A stretch of DNA of 60,030 nucleotides from a virus (Duplodnaviria > Caudoviricetes), in the IMG/VR virus record IMGVR_UViG_3300040815_002799, positions 1 through 60,030 of that record. One strand, 5' to 3'. Shown here in pieces: positions 1-10,296 of the stretch. Within the stretch, counting starts at the first letter, position 1; every line of letters starts with the position of its first letter. Made by a program: the position numbers and the translations under genes. Below the pieces are notes generated by a model. That model made no database searches. It saw only the letters and a program-made list of their open reading frames with translations, and was not told where the DNA came from.

Positions 1-690
1 ATTTTGGTAGAATCATTGACTGATGGATTCAGATTAAAATCTGGTAGAAACGTTATATATAGTATACAGGGTGAAAATACATTGAATACATTAACTAATG
101 ATTTAGAAATTGTTGGTGAAGACTTAAAAAAATATTATGATACAATTGAAACAAAAGTTTTTCAAAAGAACATTAACATGTATGATGACAATTTCGATTT
201 TACATTACCTGGAAACACTACAATAAACACCCCGGAAAACATTAGGTTCTTTATGATATTCGGTTATGAGGTATTAAATGATACCCAAAAAATTATTGAT
301 GAAATTTTAGGTGATTTAGGTGAAAAAGAAGAATGGAGAAAATATGTTACTGAAATAATAGAAGGATCAACCATAACTATAGGAACTGACCCATTGGATG
401 AATTCAATGATCCATTTATTAATACAACACCGACAACAGTAATAACAGGACTAAAATATCAATATGATACAATTTTTAAATTTTCAAAGAATATCATATC
501 TACGTTTAAAAATGAAAATGAAGTGAAAAAGGTTGTATCATACAATCCATTTAATCCTAACAAAGAAAGAAAATTCGATTACATTAGAGAAGTAGAAAAT
601 CCTGTAGAAAAAGACGGATTTTTTAATATATTATATAAAAATGTAAATACTGAAGGAACATCATTTAACGGAAAAAGAGAATTTAAATAA
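1..690 (+). CDS. C-terminal part of a hypothetical (probably virion structural) protein, truncated by the window start
   Basis: Frame is open from base 1 to TAA at 688-690 and overlaps the next ATG (TAATG). No recognisable motif. Confidence 0.7.
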   Translation: MLVESLTDGFRLKSGRNVIYSIQGENTLNTLTNDLEIVGEDLKKYYDTIETKVFQKNINMYDDNFDFTLPGNTTINTPENIRFFMIFGYEVLNDTQKIIDEILGDLGEKEEWRKYVTEIIEGSTITIGTDPLDEFNDPFINTTPTTVITGLKYQYDTIFKFSKNIISTFKNENEVKKVVSYNPFNPNKERKFDYIREVENPVEKDGFFNILYKNVNTEGTSFNGKREFK

Positions 691-1007
691 TGGAATATTA
701 TAACCGATATAAGAACTTTTTGGTGAACGGAAATCAAACCGTCGTTCCTTTTGTTACTATACCAAGTAAAGGATCCGATAAAAGATTTATTTATAGGACG
801 GGTCTTAGTAGATTAGATAGGATAAGTATGGAATTTTATAATACACCATATTTTGGGTGGTTGATTTTAGCTGCTAACCCAAAATTTGGTGGATTGGAAG
901 ACAACATAAAAGATCAATCTGTACTTTTCATTCCTTATCCTTTGAATGCTTCTTTACAAGATTATAACTCAGCATTAGAAAATCACTTCTTCTATTATGG
1001 TAGATAA
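690..1007 (+). CDS. LysM-like baseplate wedge protein (T4 gp53 / P2 gpX-like)
   Basis: RLDRISMEFYNTPYFGWLILAANP...VLFIP fits the LysM/gp53 pattern; it lies directly upstream of a hub-like gene. Confidence 0.75.
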   Translation: MEYYNRYKNFLVNGNQTVVPFVTIPSKGSDKRFIYRTGLSRLDRISMEFYNTPYFGWLILAANPKFGGLEDNIKDQSVLFIPYPLNASLQDYNSALENHFFYYGR

Positions 1008-4000
1008 TGGTCAACAAATTTATGTAGAGGCGGATTATGATAATATTTTTGTCATAGATCCCAATAAAGTTGTGGATAAATCTGGTAAAGTCAAAGAAAG
1101 ATATGTTGATCAGGAAAACTTGGTCATGTATGCTAACCTAGAGGCAAAAGTTTTACCTAGAACTAAATTGGCCAATGGAACTACAATAGATCAGACAGTA
1201 TCTAACATAAGGGTTGGATCATTAAATGGTGAAGATCGAGAAACGTTAAATTTTTTGAAACCGAGAGGTAAAAATTATTTCGATACATCTTGGTCTGATC
1301 AGATAACTGGAAAAGGTTCCACAGAATCACAAGGTGCTAACCAGTCTGTAACAGAAACAGTTGGACAGGGAATAACCCAAAGGAAGATAAAAAAAATAAT
1401 TAATAATGAAGATACACAACTTCTGGGGATTACTAAAATAGATTTTTCAATAACTAGGGCTGCAGTACCAACAGTTAAAATAGAAATGGTTGATGTACAA
1501 GGTAGAGCATTATTTGAACAAGGTGAAAATTCACCATATAGTGCTTTTATGCAATTTCCATATCCACCATTTCTTCTTACACTGAAAGGTTATTACGGAA
1601 AGGCAGTTCAATATGAATTGATGGTCACTTCATTTAACACAAGTTTTGACTCATCTTCAGGGAATTATAATGTGTCAGTCACATTACAATCATATCGTTT
1701 TCCACTACAAAGTGATATTCTTTTAGATTATTTGTACTCAGTTCCTAAAATTAGTCCTACACAAATCGAACGTAGAGTTGGAGTTGATGATCCTTCAAGT
1801 CAAACGGGATTAGGTATAACAGAAAGCACTACTTCCAAATCAACATTAGGGTATGAAAAACTCAATGAAGTATATAGTGTATATAAATCTAAAGGGTTGA
1901 TCGATGAAAATTTTCCCCACTTGACTGTGACTGAGATGAAATTCAAAATGGATAATTTTGAAAAGTATGTAATGGCCGCTTACGGACAAGAAGATCTATC
2001 GGTGTTATCAGACATAGAGAGATATACTAATGATTTAAAAGACTACAAAAATAATTTATTCCCTCAAAGATCTATGAATTGGTTCGATAAATATATTGAT
2101 AAAAGTGAGAGTTATGTATTAAATAATTTATCGTCACAAATTTATTATAAATTAAAAAAAGAGTTGGAAACTGAAGGTGCAATAAAGGCATTAGGAGAAT
2201 TAAGACAGATTATAGAGGAATATAATGCGAAATTAAATACTAATACAGTTTTAGGTAGTAATGGATCATACAAAATCGGTAATAAAAAATTAAAATCGGA
2301 CATAGATGTCAACATAAAATACTCAGATTTTGTTGATCAATTTCAAGACTTGACCTTGGTTGACTTTGAAAAAACCTATCAGTTAAGAACTGGGACTGCT
2401 GGTAACTCTAATGAAATTTTAGAACTGAGAGCGGTAATAGAGGCTGATTTTGCAATAGATAATATTAGTTTAGATAGTCAAACACAAAGAATTGAAAATG
2501 ACATTTTAATAACTACGTTCATAACATTTGGAGAAACCACAAATGGTAGTCAGGTAAGGAATTCATACCTAGATAAAATAAATACCATTGAAAAAAAATA
2601 CAACGAGACCAAAGTAAGAATAGAAGAAGACATAACTTTAGCACTATCTGAAAAAATTCAAAAAAGTGATGTAGGTTTAGGATTTATACCTACAGTTAAT
2701 AACATTGCAGCCGTTTTATGTGCGAGTGCTGATGCATTTCTGAGAATACTGGATGATGTACATGAATTCGCGTGGAACAAAAGAAAAGATCCAATAAGAC
2801 TACGTAGTATTATAAGTTCGGAAAAGTCTTTTGGTGTCGATAATAAAACTGATGTGCAACTTGGAGATGGATCTTCTCAAGTGGTTTATCCATGGCCCCA
2901 GTATTTCGATAAAGAATATCAAGACGGACAAGAACAGTATATTTTAAAATATCCTGGGTTACCGTCTGAAATAAGTAAAACTCAAGGTTTCAGATATGAT
3001 TTATGGCCAGAAATAAAATTTGTTGAAGACTATATTCGTGCATCGATTGCAAGAGAAGAACAGACCATTGATTATGAATTTAATAATACACAAAAAGTAA
3101 CTAAGTCAGTATCATTCAATACTTTATCTTTTCCTTTCGAAAATGAACCTTATACAGACCTTAGTGAAGTATCATTTTTTTATGAAATATATGATAGATC
3201 GTTTTTACCCTCATTTTATTCCAAATTAGCGGAACAAAACGATACATCTAATGAACTCTATAGTATTATAGGTGATTTCGAAGTCGTCAACATTCAAGAA
3301 AAAGTCAATGGTAGCTCCAGTCTGACACAAAAATTAAAAAGATTTTCATTTAACAGTCAAAATTTTTTGGATTATTTGAGAAGTATATCTAACAATGGTA
3401 CTGGTTTGAAATGGAATCAGACTAGAAGAGATTTGTTTTCGACTAATTATTTGGATGCTCAATTAGAAAACCCGAACGGAATTTTCAACATTAATACAAT
3501 ATCTAGTGACTCCTTATCAGTACAAGGTAATTCAGAAAATATTGAAAAACTAAACAAATTCTTAAAAAATAACACATCTAATAAGTTATCTTATTTATCG
3601 ACATATCCATTTACTAATTTAGAAAGGTGTAGAATTTATTTAGAAAATGGTCAAGAATTGTCATCTATAGAGGATAGTAATGACACTACGAATATATATG
3701 AATTTTTTCCTCAGAAAAAGACTTTATCTACATTTAGTTTAGAATTGGGAAATACACAAAAAAGACCAGTCACTAATTTTGAATGGATGATCAATACAAT
3801 GACTAGTCCAAATCAATCCTCAGATTTAAATGCTTCCCCAGATCTTGAAATTTCAAATTATCAACAATTAAAAAATTTCTTTAATCAGAGAGATTTAAGT
3901 AAGTTTCTTTTATTCGAGGGTAATATTAATTACGGTAATAATTATGACAATAATGCGGTAGAGAAACAAACCACATCGATATTTAATACTCCCTATCTAA

Positions 4001-7000
4001 TCAATTCAATTTTAGAAGGTAATGAAAATGAGAAAAATGGTAAAATCAATCCTTATACTTCATTAGGTTATCTTGTATTAAATGGTTTACCCTTTTCCAC
4101 ATTACACGAAAAAATAAAATCACAAGACCAAAATGGAAATTCTCAAGAAGGTTATCTATTCAGTTCCATAAATAAATTTTCCGCAATACATAAATTACCA
4201 TATCTATGGATTCTTAAATATGGTTCGATTTGGTATAGATATAAAAAAAATATTGTGGACGGGATTGACATTCTAGAAGATATCTGGAATGATGTTGATT
4301 ATATAAATCTATATGACCCAACCACACAAAATATTAATAAAAATTACAATATTAAGACAATTTCAGGGGAGGAGTTTATATACTATCTTCAAAAAAACAA
4401 TCAAGATACACAAAATAATTTAACGAACATAACAAAAAACATTGGATTTTATCCAAAGATGATAAACGAAATGTATTATTTATTCACTAAAAAAAATGTC
4501 ATAACATCATACCCAAATAATATAAAAGATATTTTAGATGACATAGGTGTAAAAATCGATAATTTAGATAATTCTTCAAAATTTATTGATAACACTCAAA
4601 ATTTATTGAATGATAATCAGTCTATTAGTTTAGAAAACTGGTTCCAATATATCAATATAAACGGTAATTTAGATTTTGATAATAATGAAAACAAAGTGCT
4701 GTTGATACCATCATGTGGTTTTATGAACTTTAATCAATCAATATTAGAATTAAGTGACGATCTTGGTAATTTGAATCGACCATTGGTAGGTAACCAAAGT
4801 TTATATAATGGATCATTTAGAGGATTATGGGGGTCACCAAATTATGGTTATTTTGATACATCCTTATTAAAAAAACCAAGAACGGATCAATACATAAAAA
4901 ATGAAAATTCATCATTTGGATTTTCGAGTAATCAAGATGATTATAATTCGATAGAAGATATATTTGCAACTTTTAATTCTAAACAATTAGATGAGTTTGA
5001 AAGACATTTCCTGAATTTTTGTGAAAGAAATAATTCAATAAAGGACCTTGTAGAAAAACCGAATACTAATTCTATTAATTTTTTCGGACAGGAACAGACT
5101 AGTTATAAAAATGGTTTATTTAAAATCCTTCAAAAAATATTTGTCATTGAGAATGTAGGGTCTAATTTGACTGGAGAAGAGTTGGCTAATGAGTTAGCTA
5201 AAAACCAGATAAAATCGAATTTAACATTCACTAAAGATATTCTTGAATACGATATAATATATAAAAACGGTAATCCTGGTAATTTTGATAGAAGAATATT
5301 CAATTCTTTTTCTGATGATCCATCTATTAGACCAGTTGACCCAGTGACTTATGAAAAATATATAACTGGTTCATTACCGACTAGTCAGAACAATACCTCT
5401 TTGAATCAAAGTGTATCTAATTACCCTGAGGCTTGGAGGTCATTATATTTGAATGTGGGTGTATATACAAACGATAAGTTAGGTTATTCGAGTGATGGGT
5501 CGTATATAACAGATTTCTTCAGAGATTTTAACATAGAGTTCAATAAATTAAATGTTGAAAGATTATCACAGATAATCAAAATATACGCATCAAGAAAAGT
5601 AGAAAATGAAAATCTAACAACTTCTGAATTTAAAGAAGAGTTAGATAACTTTTTGAAGGAACAAAAAAAATTCCAAAATGAAACTTTAAATTATGTATTT
5701 TTAAACCTAAATAGAAAATTACCAGAAATACAAATCGAAAATCAAGAACAAAAGTTAAGCAAAGTCGATGGAAATATAGGTAAAAATGAACAGTACTATA
5801 CTTTTAAAGCTTTTAATGATAAATGGATTGCTGGTCGAGATTTCAAAAACAGAACACTATTTGAGGATATATTAATTTTGGATACTGCTAACCGTCCAGC
5901 GGGCGATATTCTAGCAAATATAGATAAGTTCAGAGGATTTTTGGGCAAGGCTAATAGTACGACAAGTCTATTTACGTTATTAGATTTATTGTTTACACAG
6001 AATGGATTTATATCCTTTCCGATACCAACATACTACAATTTCTACGGAAGAAATTACAGGTTAAAAGAATCTAATCCAATACCTTTGGATACTGCTAATG
6101 ATACTTTTGGTACACACTTGAATGTTGATTATAGAGATACACGTCCTAAGATGTTATTTATTCATAGAACTGATGTCTCTCAGACTGTTGATCAAAGAAA
6201 TAATGCAAACTACGTATTTGGTGACGACTCGTTTGATCTAAGAAAATCTTCTCTAAATCCATTAATTGATAGTCAAGAAGGTGTGACAGACTATTCGAAT
6301 AAAAACAAAGTGGTCGGATTTACAGTTAACTTTGGAAACCAAAATCAAAGTATATTCAAAAATATATCAATAGATATGTCAAATCAAAAAACAACTTCAT
6401 TGTCTATACAAGTTCAAACAGATTTAGCTGATCAACGTGGTGGGCAAGAAGTTGCACAACAATCACAGAGTTTGATAAATTATTATAAAACACTAGCTTT
6501 CGAATGTAATGTAGAATGTTTAGGTAATGTAATGATTCAACCAACAATGTACTTCTATCTGTCTAATGTACCTATGTTCCATGGAACTTATATGATTGAA
6601 GAAGTTTCACATAGTATCACACCCAATAATTTTATAACAAACTTTACTGGAGTACGTGCACCAATTTATAGGTCACAGCCACCTGACAAATTAGTTGCGT
6701 CAGTCAACAGGGATATGATTAGAAAATATAGAGATCAGATAAGAAGTATTGATAATAGTAACCAAACAGAAGAATCTTCACCTGTCACTTCAGGGATTAC
6801 AGAAGTGACTTCAGGAATGACCGCGGCTAATTCGAGTGCTTGTATAGATCTCACAAAATACCCTGATAAACCACTTATAGATTCATTACAATCTAATAAT
6901 CAAGATTTGACGATAGATAGTATCTTTAATGATATTACAAATATGGTAAATGAAACTACTGGTTCTAATGATATAAACTTAGTTAATTATTTGATAGTGC

Positions 7001-7446
7001 AAGTTTATCTATCAACAAATAATCTTGAAAACTATTATAATAATAATTTATTTGGTATTAGAACTGACTTACAATGGGGAGGTAACTTATCAAATTATTT
7101 TGATGAACAACACTGTGGGAGGATAAATGAAAAAAATATACCTTATGCTTCTTTCTCCACACATGAACAAAGTATAAGATTTATGGTTGATAGATATAAA
7201 ATTTATTTTTCAATATTTGATGAATGGTTAAGGCCAACAATAATAAATGAAAACATAAGAATAGCTACTGCGTTAACGGATATATTTTATTCTACGTGGT
7301 ATGACATTAGTATTTCAGAAAATAATCCTAATCCACAACAAATTTTAAATTCTATTGATCTTAAATTAGAAAATGATGAATTAGGTAAGTCTATTTATGA
7401 AATGACGTTGAATGAATATAAAAAATTATATAATACCATCGTTTAA
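997..7446 (+). CDS. Giant baseplate hub protein (gp27/VgrG/GpD-like) with C-terminal degenerate GH73-like domain
   Basis: N-terminal GITKIDF...PTVKIEMVD and late CNVECLGNVMIQP...GTYMIEEVSHSITPNNFITNFTGVR resemble hub-fold signatures. NNLFGI...YASF...SI follows a linker at the C-terminus. Confidence 0.65.
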   Translation: MVDNGQQIYVEADYDNIFVIDPNKVVDKSGKVKERYVDQENLVMYANLEAKVLPRTKLANGTTIDQTVSNIRVGSLNGEDRETLNFLKPRGKNYFDTSWSDQITGKGSTESQGANQSVTETVGQGITQRKIKKIINNEDTQLLGITKIDFSITRAAVPTVKIEMVDVQGRALFEQGENSPYSAFMQFPYPPFLLTLKGYYGKAVQYELMVTSFNTSFDSSSGNYNVSVTLQSYRFPLQSDILLDYLYSVPKISPTQIERRVGVDDPSSQTGLGITESTTSKSTLGYEKLNEVYSVYKSKGLIDENFPHLTVTEMKFKMDNFEKYVMAAYGQEDLSVLSDIERYTNDLKDYKNNLFPQRSMNWFDKYIDKSESYVLNNLSSQIYYKLKKELETEGAIKALGELRQIIEEYNAKLNTNTVLGSNGSYKIGNKKLKSDIDVNIKYSDFVDQFQDLTLVDFEKTYQLRTGTAGNSNEILELRAVIEADFAIDNISLDSQTQRIENDILITTFITFGETTNGSQVRNSYLDKINTIEKKYNETKVRIEEDITLALSEKIQKSDVGLGFIPTVNNIAAVLCASADAFLRILDDVHEFAWNKRKDPIRLRSIISSEKSFGVDNKTDVQLGDGSSQVVYPWPQYFDKEYQDGQEQYILKYPGLPSEISKTQGFRYDLWPEIKFVEDYIRASIAREEQTIDYEFNNTQKVTKSVSFNTLSFPFENEPYTDLSEVSFFYEIYDRSFLPSFYSKLAEQNDTSNELYSIIGDFEVVNIQEKVNGSSSLTQKLKRFSFNSQNFLDYLRSISNNGTGLKWNQTRRDLFSTNYLDAQLENPNGIFNINTISSDSLSVQGNSENIEKLNKFLKNNTSNKLSYLSTYPFTNLERCRIYLENGQELSSIEDSNDTTNIYEFFPQKKTLSTFSLELGNTQKRPVTNFEWMINTMTSPNQSSDLNASPDLEISNYQQLKNFFNQRDLSKFLLFEGNINYGNNYDNNAVEKQTTSIFNTPYLINSILEGNENEKNGKINPYTSLGYLVLNGLPFSTLHEKIKSQDQNGNSQEGYLFSSINKFSAIHKLPYLWILKYGSIWYRYKKNIVDGIDILEDIWNDVDYINLYDPTTQNINKNYNIKTISGEEFIYYLQKNNQDTQNNLTNITKNIGFYPKMINEMYYLFTKKNVITSYPNNIKDILDDIGVKIDNLDNSSKFIDNTQNLLNDNQSISLENWFQYININGNLDFDNNENKVLLIPSCGFMNFNQSILELSDDLGNLNRPLVGNQSLYNGSFRGLWGSPNYGYFDTSLLKKPRTDQYIKNENSSFGFSSNQDDYNSIEDIFATFNSKQLDEFERHFLNFCERNNSIKDLVEKPNTNSINFFGQEQTSYKNGLFKILQKIFVIENVGSNLTGEELANELAKNQIKSNLTFTKDILEYDIIYKNGNPGNFDRRIFNSFSDDPSIRPVDPVTYEKYITGSLPTSQNNTSLNQSVSNYPEAWRSLYLNVGVYTNDKLGYSSDGSYITDFFRDFNIEFNKLNVERLSQIIKIYASRKVENENLTTSEFKEELDNFLKEQKKFQNETLNYVFLNLNRKLPEIQIENQEQKLSKVDGNIGKNEQYYTFKAFNDKWIAGRDFKNRTLFEDILILDTANRPAGDILANIDKFRGFLGKANSTTSLFTLLDLLFTQNGFISFPIPTYYNFYGRNYRLKESNPIPLDTANDTFGTHLNVDYRDTRPKMLFIHRTDVSQTVDQRNNANYVFGDDSFDLRKSSLNPLIDSQEGVTDYSNKNKVVGFTVNFGNQNQSIFKNISIDMSNQKTTSLSIQVQTDLADQRGGQEVAQQSQSLINYYKTLAFECNVECLGNVMIQPTMYFYLSNVPMFHGTYMIEEVSHSITPNNFITNFTGVRAPIYRSQPPDKLVASVNRDMIRKYRDQIRSIDNSNQTEESSPVTSGITEVTSGMTAANSSACIDLTKYPDKPLIDSLQSNNQDLTIDSIFNDITNMVNETTGSNDINLVNYLIVQVYLSTNNLENYYNNNLFGIRTDLQWGGNLSNYFDEQHCGRINEKNIPYASFSTHEQSIRFMVDRYKIYFSIFDEWLRPTIINENIRIATALTDIFYSTWYDISISENNPNPQQILNSIDLKLENDELGKSIYEMTLNEYKKLYNTIV

Positions 7447-7465
7447 CTATTTCAAAACTAAATGA

Positions 7466-7477
7466 TATTTATAAATA
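7466..7477 (+). promoter_or_regulatory. TATTTAT motif within the perfect palindrome TATTTATAAATA (contains T4 late consensus TATAAATA); putative late promoter
   Basis: Intergenic, upstream of ATG 7485; the same 7-mer recurs in seven other intergenic gaps. Confidence 0.55.
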
Positions 7478-7484
7478 AAAGATT

Positions 7485-7709
7485 ATGGATACAAAACAAT
7501 TATTAGATAATTTTCTTCAAAAAAATACTCGAATAACTGAAAGAAATGCTGGTCCTGGAATTAAAGAGGTATGTGATTTAGATACCGGTGATTGTTATAC
7601 TGTTAGATTGAAAGATGGACTAATTGAGAGAATTGATAATACATCCTACATCAATAAAACCTTGAAAGTTGAAACTAATCAGGGTATTAAGACATTATTA
7701 AACGGTTGA
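7485..7709 (+). CDS. Small hypothetical protein with CDLDTGDC motif
   Basis: 74-aa ORF filling the gap, with ATG downstream of the conserved upstream motif. Confidence 0.75.
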   Translation: MDTKQLLDNFLQKNTRITERNAGPGIKEVCDLDTGDCYTVRLKDGLIERIDNTSYINKTLKVETNQGIKTLLNG

Positions 7710-7711
7710 TC

Positions 7712-8329
7712 ATGAATATTGAAAAGAAACTTCTTAAAGAAATAGAGAAATTTAATACTATAAAAGAGTATATAAATGAACAGGAAGGTGGTGAATCTGA
7801 CCCACTAGGTGATATAGGTATAGATGATACTGAATTGGAGACTGACACTGAAGTCGAAAATGAACCAGTAGATATTGATTCAGATCCAGAAGTAGAAGTG
7901 GTAGACGATTCGTTAGATCAGAGTACAGATATCAGTGATGATTCTGGTACTGAAGAGTTGGATATAACAGATTTAGTAACAAAACAGGAAGATATCCTAA
8001 CAAAACTAGGTAATATAGATGATATTTTCACTAAATTAAATGATTTGACTGATAAATTAGGTGAAATGGATCAGATAATATCTAAAATAGATAATGTAGA
8101 GGCTAAGATTGAAAAGTATAAACCTAAATCACCTGAACAAAAGTTAGAACTTAGAAGTTTAGATAGTTATCCCTATAATCAAAAACTTACTGATTTTTTT
8201 GATGACAAAGGTGAAGAAATTGAAAAAACAGGAAAAAGTGAATATGTCCTCACACAGGACGATGTTGAAAACTTTTCAGACAAAGATATCAAAGACAGTT
8301 TCGATATTGTATTTGATGAAGATCAATAA
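7712..8329 (+). CDS. Acidic coiled-coil hypothetical protein (possible internal head/scaffold-type)
   Basis: ATG at 7712 preferred over TTG at 7706; D/E-rich middle, heptad-like LTKLGNIDDIFTKLNDLTDKL segment, N-terminal LLKEI...YINEQ. Confidence 0.7.
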   Translation: MNIEKKLLKEIEKFNTIKEYINEQEGGESDPLGDIGIDDTELETDTEVENEPVDIDSDPEVEVVDDSLDQSTDISDDSGTEELDITDLVTKQEDILTKLGNIDDIFTKLNDLTDKLGEMDQIISKIDNVEAKIEKYKPKSPEQKLELRSLDSYPYNQKLTDFFDDKGEEIEKTGKSEYVLTQDDVENFSDKDIKDSFDIVFDEDQ

Positions 8330-8335
8330 AATTGT

Positions 8336-8363
8336 TTGACAATAAAAGAATTTATCTTATACT
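8336..8363 (+). promoter_or_regulatory. sigma70-like promoter for the replication block
   Basis: TTGACA (8336-8341), 16-nt spacer, TATACT (8358-8363) in the 67-nt gap upstream of the SSB gene. Confidence 0.6.
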
Positions 8364-8396
8364 TTTATTGAGTATTAAGAGAAAAATTTTATAACA

Positions 8397-9236
8397 ATGT
8401 CAAATGTATTAGATTCAGTGTTATCTCAATACGAGAAAAACACACAAAAAACAACAAAAAATTCTGTATCTCAGGAGGAAAGAATGAAAAAATATTTCAC
8501 AACTTACCTTCCTAAGAATACTAAATCAGGTCAAAAAACAGTAAGAATCCTTCCCACTAGTGATGGTTCCTCACCATTCGTTGAAGTATGGTACCATGAA
8601 GTTCAAGTTGATGGTAAGTGGACAAAACTTTATGATCCCGATAAAAATGATGGAGAAAGATCACCTCTAAATGAAGTTTATGAGGAATTGATGTCTACTG
8701 GTAAAGATTCTGATAGAGAACTTGCAAGACAATACAGAGCAAGAAAGTTTTATATTGTTAAGGTAATCGATAGAGATAATGAGCAAGACGGACCAAAGTT
8801 TTGGAGGTTCAAAGACAACTACAAGCAAGAGGGTATTCTCGATAAGATTATCCCAATTTGGAGAAATAAAGGGGATATTACCGATATTGAAAAAGGTAGA
8901 GATCTCATAGTTGAACTAACGAAGGCTAAAACTCCATCAGGAATTGAGTATACTGTCGTTCAGACAATTATGTACGATGATCCAACTCCATTGAGTGAGG
9001 ATTCAAATCAAATGAATGAATGGGTAAATGATGAAACTTCATGGACTGATGTATATTCTAAAAAACCAACTGAATATCTCGAAGCTATTGCAAGAGGAGA
9101 GACCCCAGTTTGGAGTAGTGATCTTGGTAAGTATGTGTACGATGATAGTGATTCACAAGTGGAACAAACTAAAAGTGTATTCACAGAAACAACAACAAGT
9201 AAAACTGAAAAAGTAGACGAAGATCTACCATTTTAA
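8397..9236 (+). CDS. Single-stranded DNA-binding protein, T4 gp32-like
   Basis: VRILP...PF..VWYH, KFYIVKVIDR, GPKFWRF, DITD..KGRD motifs; acidic tail ending DEDLPF; adjacent to UvsX. Confidence 0.85.
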   Translation: MSNVLDSVLSQYEKNTQKTTKNSVSQEERMKKYFTTYLPKNTKSGQKTVRILPTSDGSSPFVEVWYHEVQVDGKWTKLYDPDKNDGERSPLNEVYEELMSTGKDSDRELARQYRARKFYIVKVIDRDNEQDGPKFWRFKDNYKQEGILDKIIPIWRNKGDITDIEKGRDLIVELTKAKTPSGIEYTVVQTIMYDDPTPLSEDSNQMNEWVNDETSWTDVYSKKPTEYLEAIARGETPVWSSDLGKYVYDDSDSQVEQTKSVFTETTTSKTEKVDEDLPF

Positions 9237-9241
9237 AAAAT

Positions 9242-9272
9242 AAATAAGGGGAGGAGATCCTCCCCTTATTTT
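9242..9272 (+). terminator. Intrinsic terminator-like hairpin after the SSB gene
   Basis: AAATAAGGGGAGGA-GA-TCCTCCCCTTATTT perfect inverted repeat running into a T-rich tract. Confidence 0.8.
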
Positions 9273-9286
9273 AATTTCTAAAAAAC

Positions 9287-10285
9287 ATGGCAATAAAAAA
9301 GAAAGATTTTGCATCACTTAAGAAGAAATTCTCATCATCAGCTAAATACAAACCCCAAAGATTCTTAGATTTAGGAAAAGAATTTTTAGATGCCGTAGGA
9401 GTACCTGGACCGGCTATCGGTCATCTAAATATGTTTTTGGGTCATAGTGATACTGGAAAAACAACCGCGTTAGTGAAAGCCGCTGTCGATGCTCAAAAAA
9501 AACAAATCCTACCTGTGTTCATTATTACAGAACAAAAATGGTCATTTGATCATGCTAAACTCATGGGTTTTGAATGTGAGGAAGTAGTTGACGAGGAAAC
9601 TGGTGAATTGGAGTGGGATGGATTTTTCCTATTTAATAATAATTTTGAATATATTGAACAAATTACCGATTATATAAATCAACTAATTGATGCTCAAGAT
9701 AAGGGTGAGTTAGAATATGATTTATTAATTTTGTGGGATTCTGTTGGATCAGTACCATGTAAGATGACTTATGATGGTAAAGGTGGAAAACAACACAATG
9801 CAGCTACTCTAGCGGATAAAATTGGAATGGGTATTAACCAGAGAATATCGGGATCAAGAAGATCCGACTCAAAGTATGAGAATACACTCGTTATTGTTAA
9901 TCAACCATGGGTAGAATTACCAGATAATCCTTTCGGACAACCAAAAATTAAAGCCAAAGGTGGTGAATCAATATGGTTAAACTCCTCATTAGTATTTTTA
10001 TTTGGAAACCAAAAAAACGCTGGTACGACTAAAATAACCGCGGTAAAAGATAAAAGAAAAGTAAAATTTGCTTCTAGAACTAAGATTTCAGTTATGAAAA
10101 ACCACATTAACGGGTTAGGTTATGAAGATGGACGAATACTAGTCACACCTCATGGGTTTTTAGCGGGTAAAGATACTACAGAAGAAAAAAAATCTATAGA
10201 GGGTTACAAAGCATCGCAATCGGAATATTGGAAAAATATTATAGGGATTGGTAGTGATTTCAGTTTAGTTGAGGAAAACGATTAA
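9287..10285 (+). CDS. uvsX: RecA/UvsX-like recombinase
   Basis: Walker A GHSDTGKT, Walker B LILWDS, VIVNQ, KGGE and KNH motifs. Confidence 0.88.
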   Translation: MAIKKKDFASLKKKFSSSAKYKPQRFLDLGKEFLDAVGVPGPAIGHLNMFLGHSDTGKTTALVKAAVDAQKKQILPVFIITEQKWSFDHAKLMGFECEEVVDEETGELEWDGFFLFNNNFEYIEQITDYINQLIDAQDKGELEYDLLILWDSVGSVPCKMTYDGKGGKQHNAATLADKIGMGINQRISGSRRSDSKYENTLVIVNQPWVELPDNPFGQPKIKAKGGESIWLNSSLVFLFGNQKNAGTTKITAVKDKRKVKFASRTKISVMKNHINGLGYEDGRILVTPHGFLAGKDTTEEKKSIEGYKASQSEYWKNIIGIGSDFSLVEEND

Positions 10286-10296
10286 ACTGGAAACAA

